Of a stretch of DNA of 64,000 nt, positions 62,120-64,000 are shown one piece after another. This stretch comes from Chiloscyllium plagiosum (lineage: Eukaryota), in the NCBI RefSeq assembly GCF_004010195.1, contig NC_057758.1, positions 2,741,853-2,805,852 of the forward strand. The letters run 5' to 3'. The translations under genes were made by a program, and so were the position numbers. Every line of letters begins with the position of its first letter. The stretch's first letter is position 1. The notes under the pieces were generated by a model. It searched no databases, was not told the DNA's origin, and was given only the letters and a program-made list of their open reading frames with translations.

Positions 62120-64000
62120 GCACAAGGAAGCAATTTCAGCCAGTGTTTATGTACTGGCTCCTAAAAGGGGTACACAGCTTGTACAATACTGCAGCCGCCT
62201 CTCTGTCATCCTCTCCATTCATCACTTCCAAATATACATGCAACTCTCTTCTGAAATCTCCTCCACCTCCACTGCCCTCCCAGGAATTGCATTCCAATTC
62301 CTAACAACTCTGAGTAATAGCACCTAATGGTACAACAACAGGGCAGTACAAAAGCACAGGGACCTGGAAATTTATGTGAATATTTTCGAATGGTGGCACA
62401 ACAGTTTGAATGATTTGTTAAGAAGCACATGCAAATCCTAGCAACTCTTGGCCTAAAGAGATTTATCCTTATCTCATTCCCACCTCTCTTGTTGACAAGC
62501 TTGGAATTATAATCCTATTTACTGACCTATCAACAGGTTGAAACTAAATATTCTTCTTTATCCCGCCAAAATTATTCATAATTTTCGACACCTCAATGAA
62601 GTTACCTCTTCTCTGCAACGAGGCGAACAAGCCGAATTTCTCTAGTCTTTCCTTATGGCTAAAATCCCGCATCCTTGGTGGACCGTACACACTGCCGCTA
62701 CTGTGCACCAGCGGAGGAGTGGGTGAAGGACTGCAGATGTCTTGCCAATTAAGTGGGCTATCTTTCCAGAAATAGACCATTGGCGGAGTTACACCAACTC
62801 AGGCAATTCGGATGCTTTCCACTGTAATCCTGAGTTGCACCTTGTAAAGAGTGAATGGCGTCTGGGGAGTCAGATGTTGACGTTCTCGTACAAGTCTTCC
62901 AAGCCTCTGAACTGCTTTTGCACTTTTGTATTTATGTGGTAATATTTGTCTTGCATTCAGTTTCAGATCAAGAGTAAAGTAGAGAATATTAATCGGGCGT
63001 GTTCAGAAGCAGAGAGAAGCTCCCTGTCTTTAAAATGTTGGATTTGGTCTTTCTTGACGACATGTTGCAGAACAACCCTGCTGGTAGATGTGTTCCAGGA
63101 ATTATATTCATTGATTACTGGAGAGTGGTTATAGGATGTCACATCAGAAAAATATGGTGTTTGATGTAACCTTGCCATCATTAGCGTTCACTGATATATT
63201 TCCCCTTCTCATTTAAGTGGTTTCAAAAACCTGATTCTCCGTAAACATTAGTTCCCTTCTGTCAGGATATTCTGTACACTTCAGACAATAGTGCAATGGT
63301 GTTGTGGATGGGGTACTGGTGTGGCGACCTAAGACTAAAGTTGACAATATGTTCGCTTGGTTTTTTTGCAAATAACACAAGATGGCTGAAAGGGTCTGTC
63401 AGTTACATACAGCAAATGCGCATAGCTAAACTTGCTATCTTCATATAGATATATTCCATAAGATGAGATTCTCCAGATGAAGCATTATGATGGAGGTCAA
63501 ACAGCTCTCCGCAAACAGGCAATTGTCAGTATATAAGCATTTTGAAAAGGGGCGTTTTTGTAAGGCATAGTTTAACCGTGGTCCAAACTTTGATATTTAC
63601 TGCAAGGTAGAAAGAACGGTTTGATGCTGCCTTGTTCAGAACTGTTGTGATAATTGAAGAATTACGAAGGCAACAATCAAGCTAAAAGTTAATTGTATTC
63701 CTTAAGGAAACGTTTGTCATCAATACAAAATCCTAATGCACTGTTCGGAAAGGTAAAATACTGAATACGACATCAAAAAGTAACAAACGCACAGAAAGTG
63801 GGTGTGGGATGGGCAAGGCAACAGAAGTCACGATTAGGGAAAGATTAGCAATTGGAACCTAAGTTCAGATTTTGATAATTCGAACAAATTCGTACATCCA
63901 AAGATTAAGGCACATTAAAATTAAAAGTACAAAATAAAAAATGGCTGTGCTTTAGTTATTTGTGGAATCTTAACGAGTTTCATTTAATGGCTTGAGAAAG
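62120..64000 (+). repeat. Diverged paralog of block 19590-21875
   Basis: Collinear anchors as listed for 19590-21875; runs to the end of the window. Confidence 0.8.

Overview
Vertebrate genomic DNA, most likely from an elasmobranch (shark), judged by HE1/V-SINE-type SINEs and the CR1 LINE, Penelope-like element (PLE) and Gypsy content. It is mostly nested, decayed retroelements, with two assembly gaps. The only host genes I can support are two tandem minus-strand, two-exon class A GPCR genes of the GPR139/GPR142-like type. One is intact (52660-52591 joined to 51796-50907, 319 aa). The other is a pseudogene with two in-frame stops (27893-27653 joined to 23906-22990). A diverged copy of the pseudogene's downstream flank (19590-21875) reappears at 62120-64000, predicting a third paralog just beyond the window, so this looks like part of a birth-and-death GPCR array. 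Three Gypsy remnants have the Gmr1-type order gag-protease-integrase-RT, and one is nested inside another. Several PLE termini carry minimal hammerhead-ribozyme motifs, target-site duplications (TSDs) and fold-back structures. Repeat boundaries were read by eye and are approximate unless a TSD, LTR end or splice site is quoted. I found no prokaryotic-type system (CRISPR etc.).
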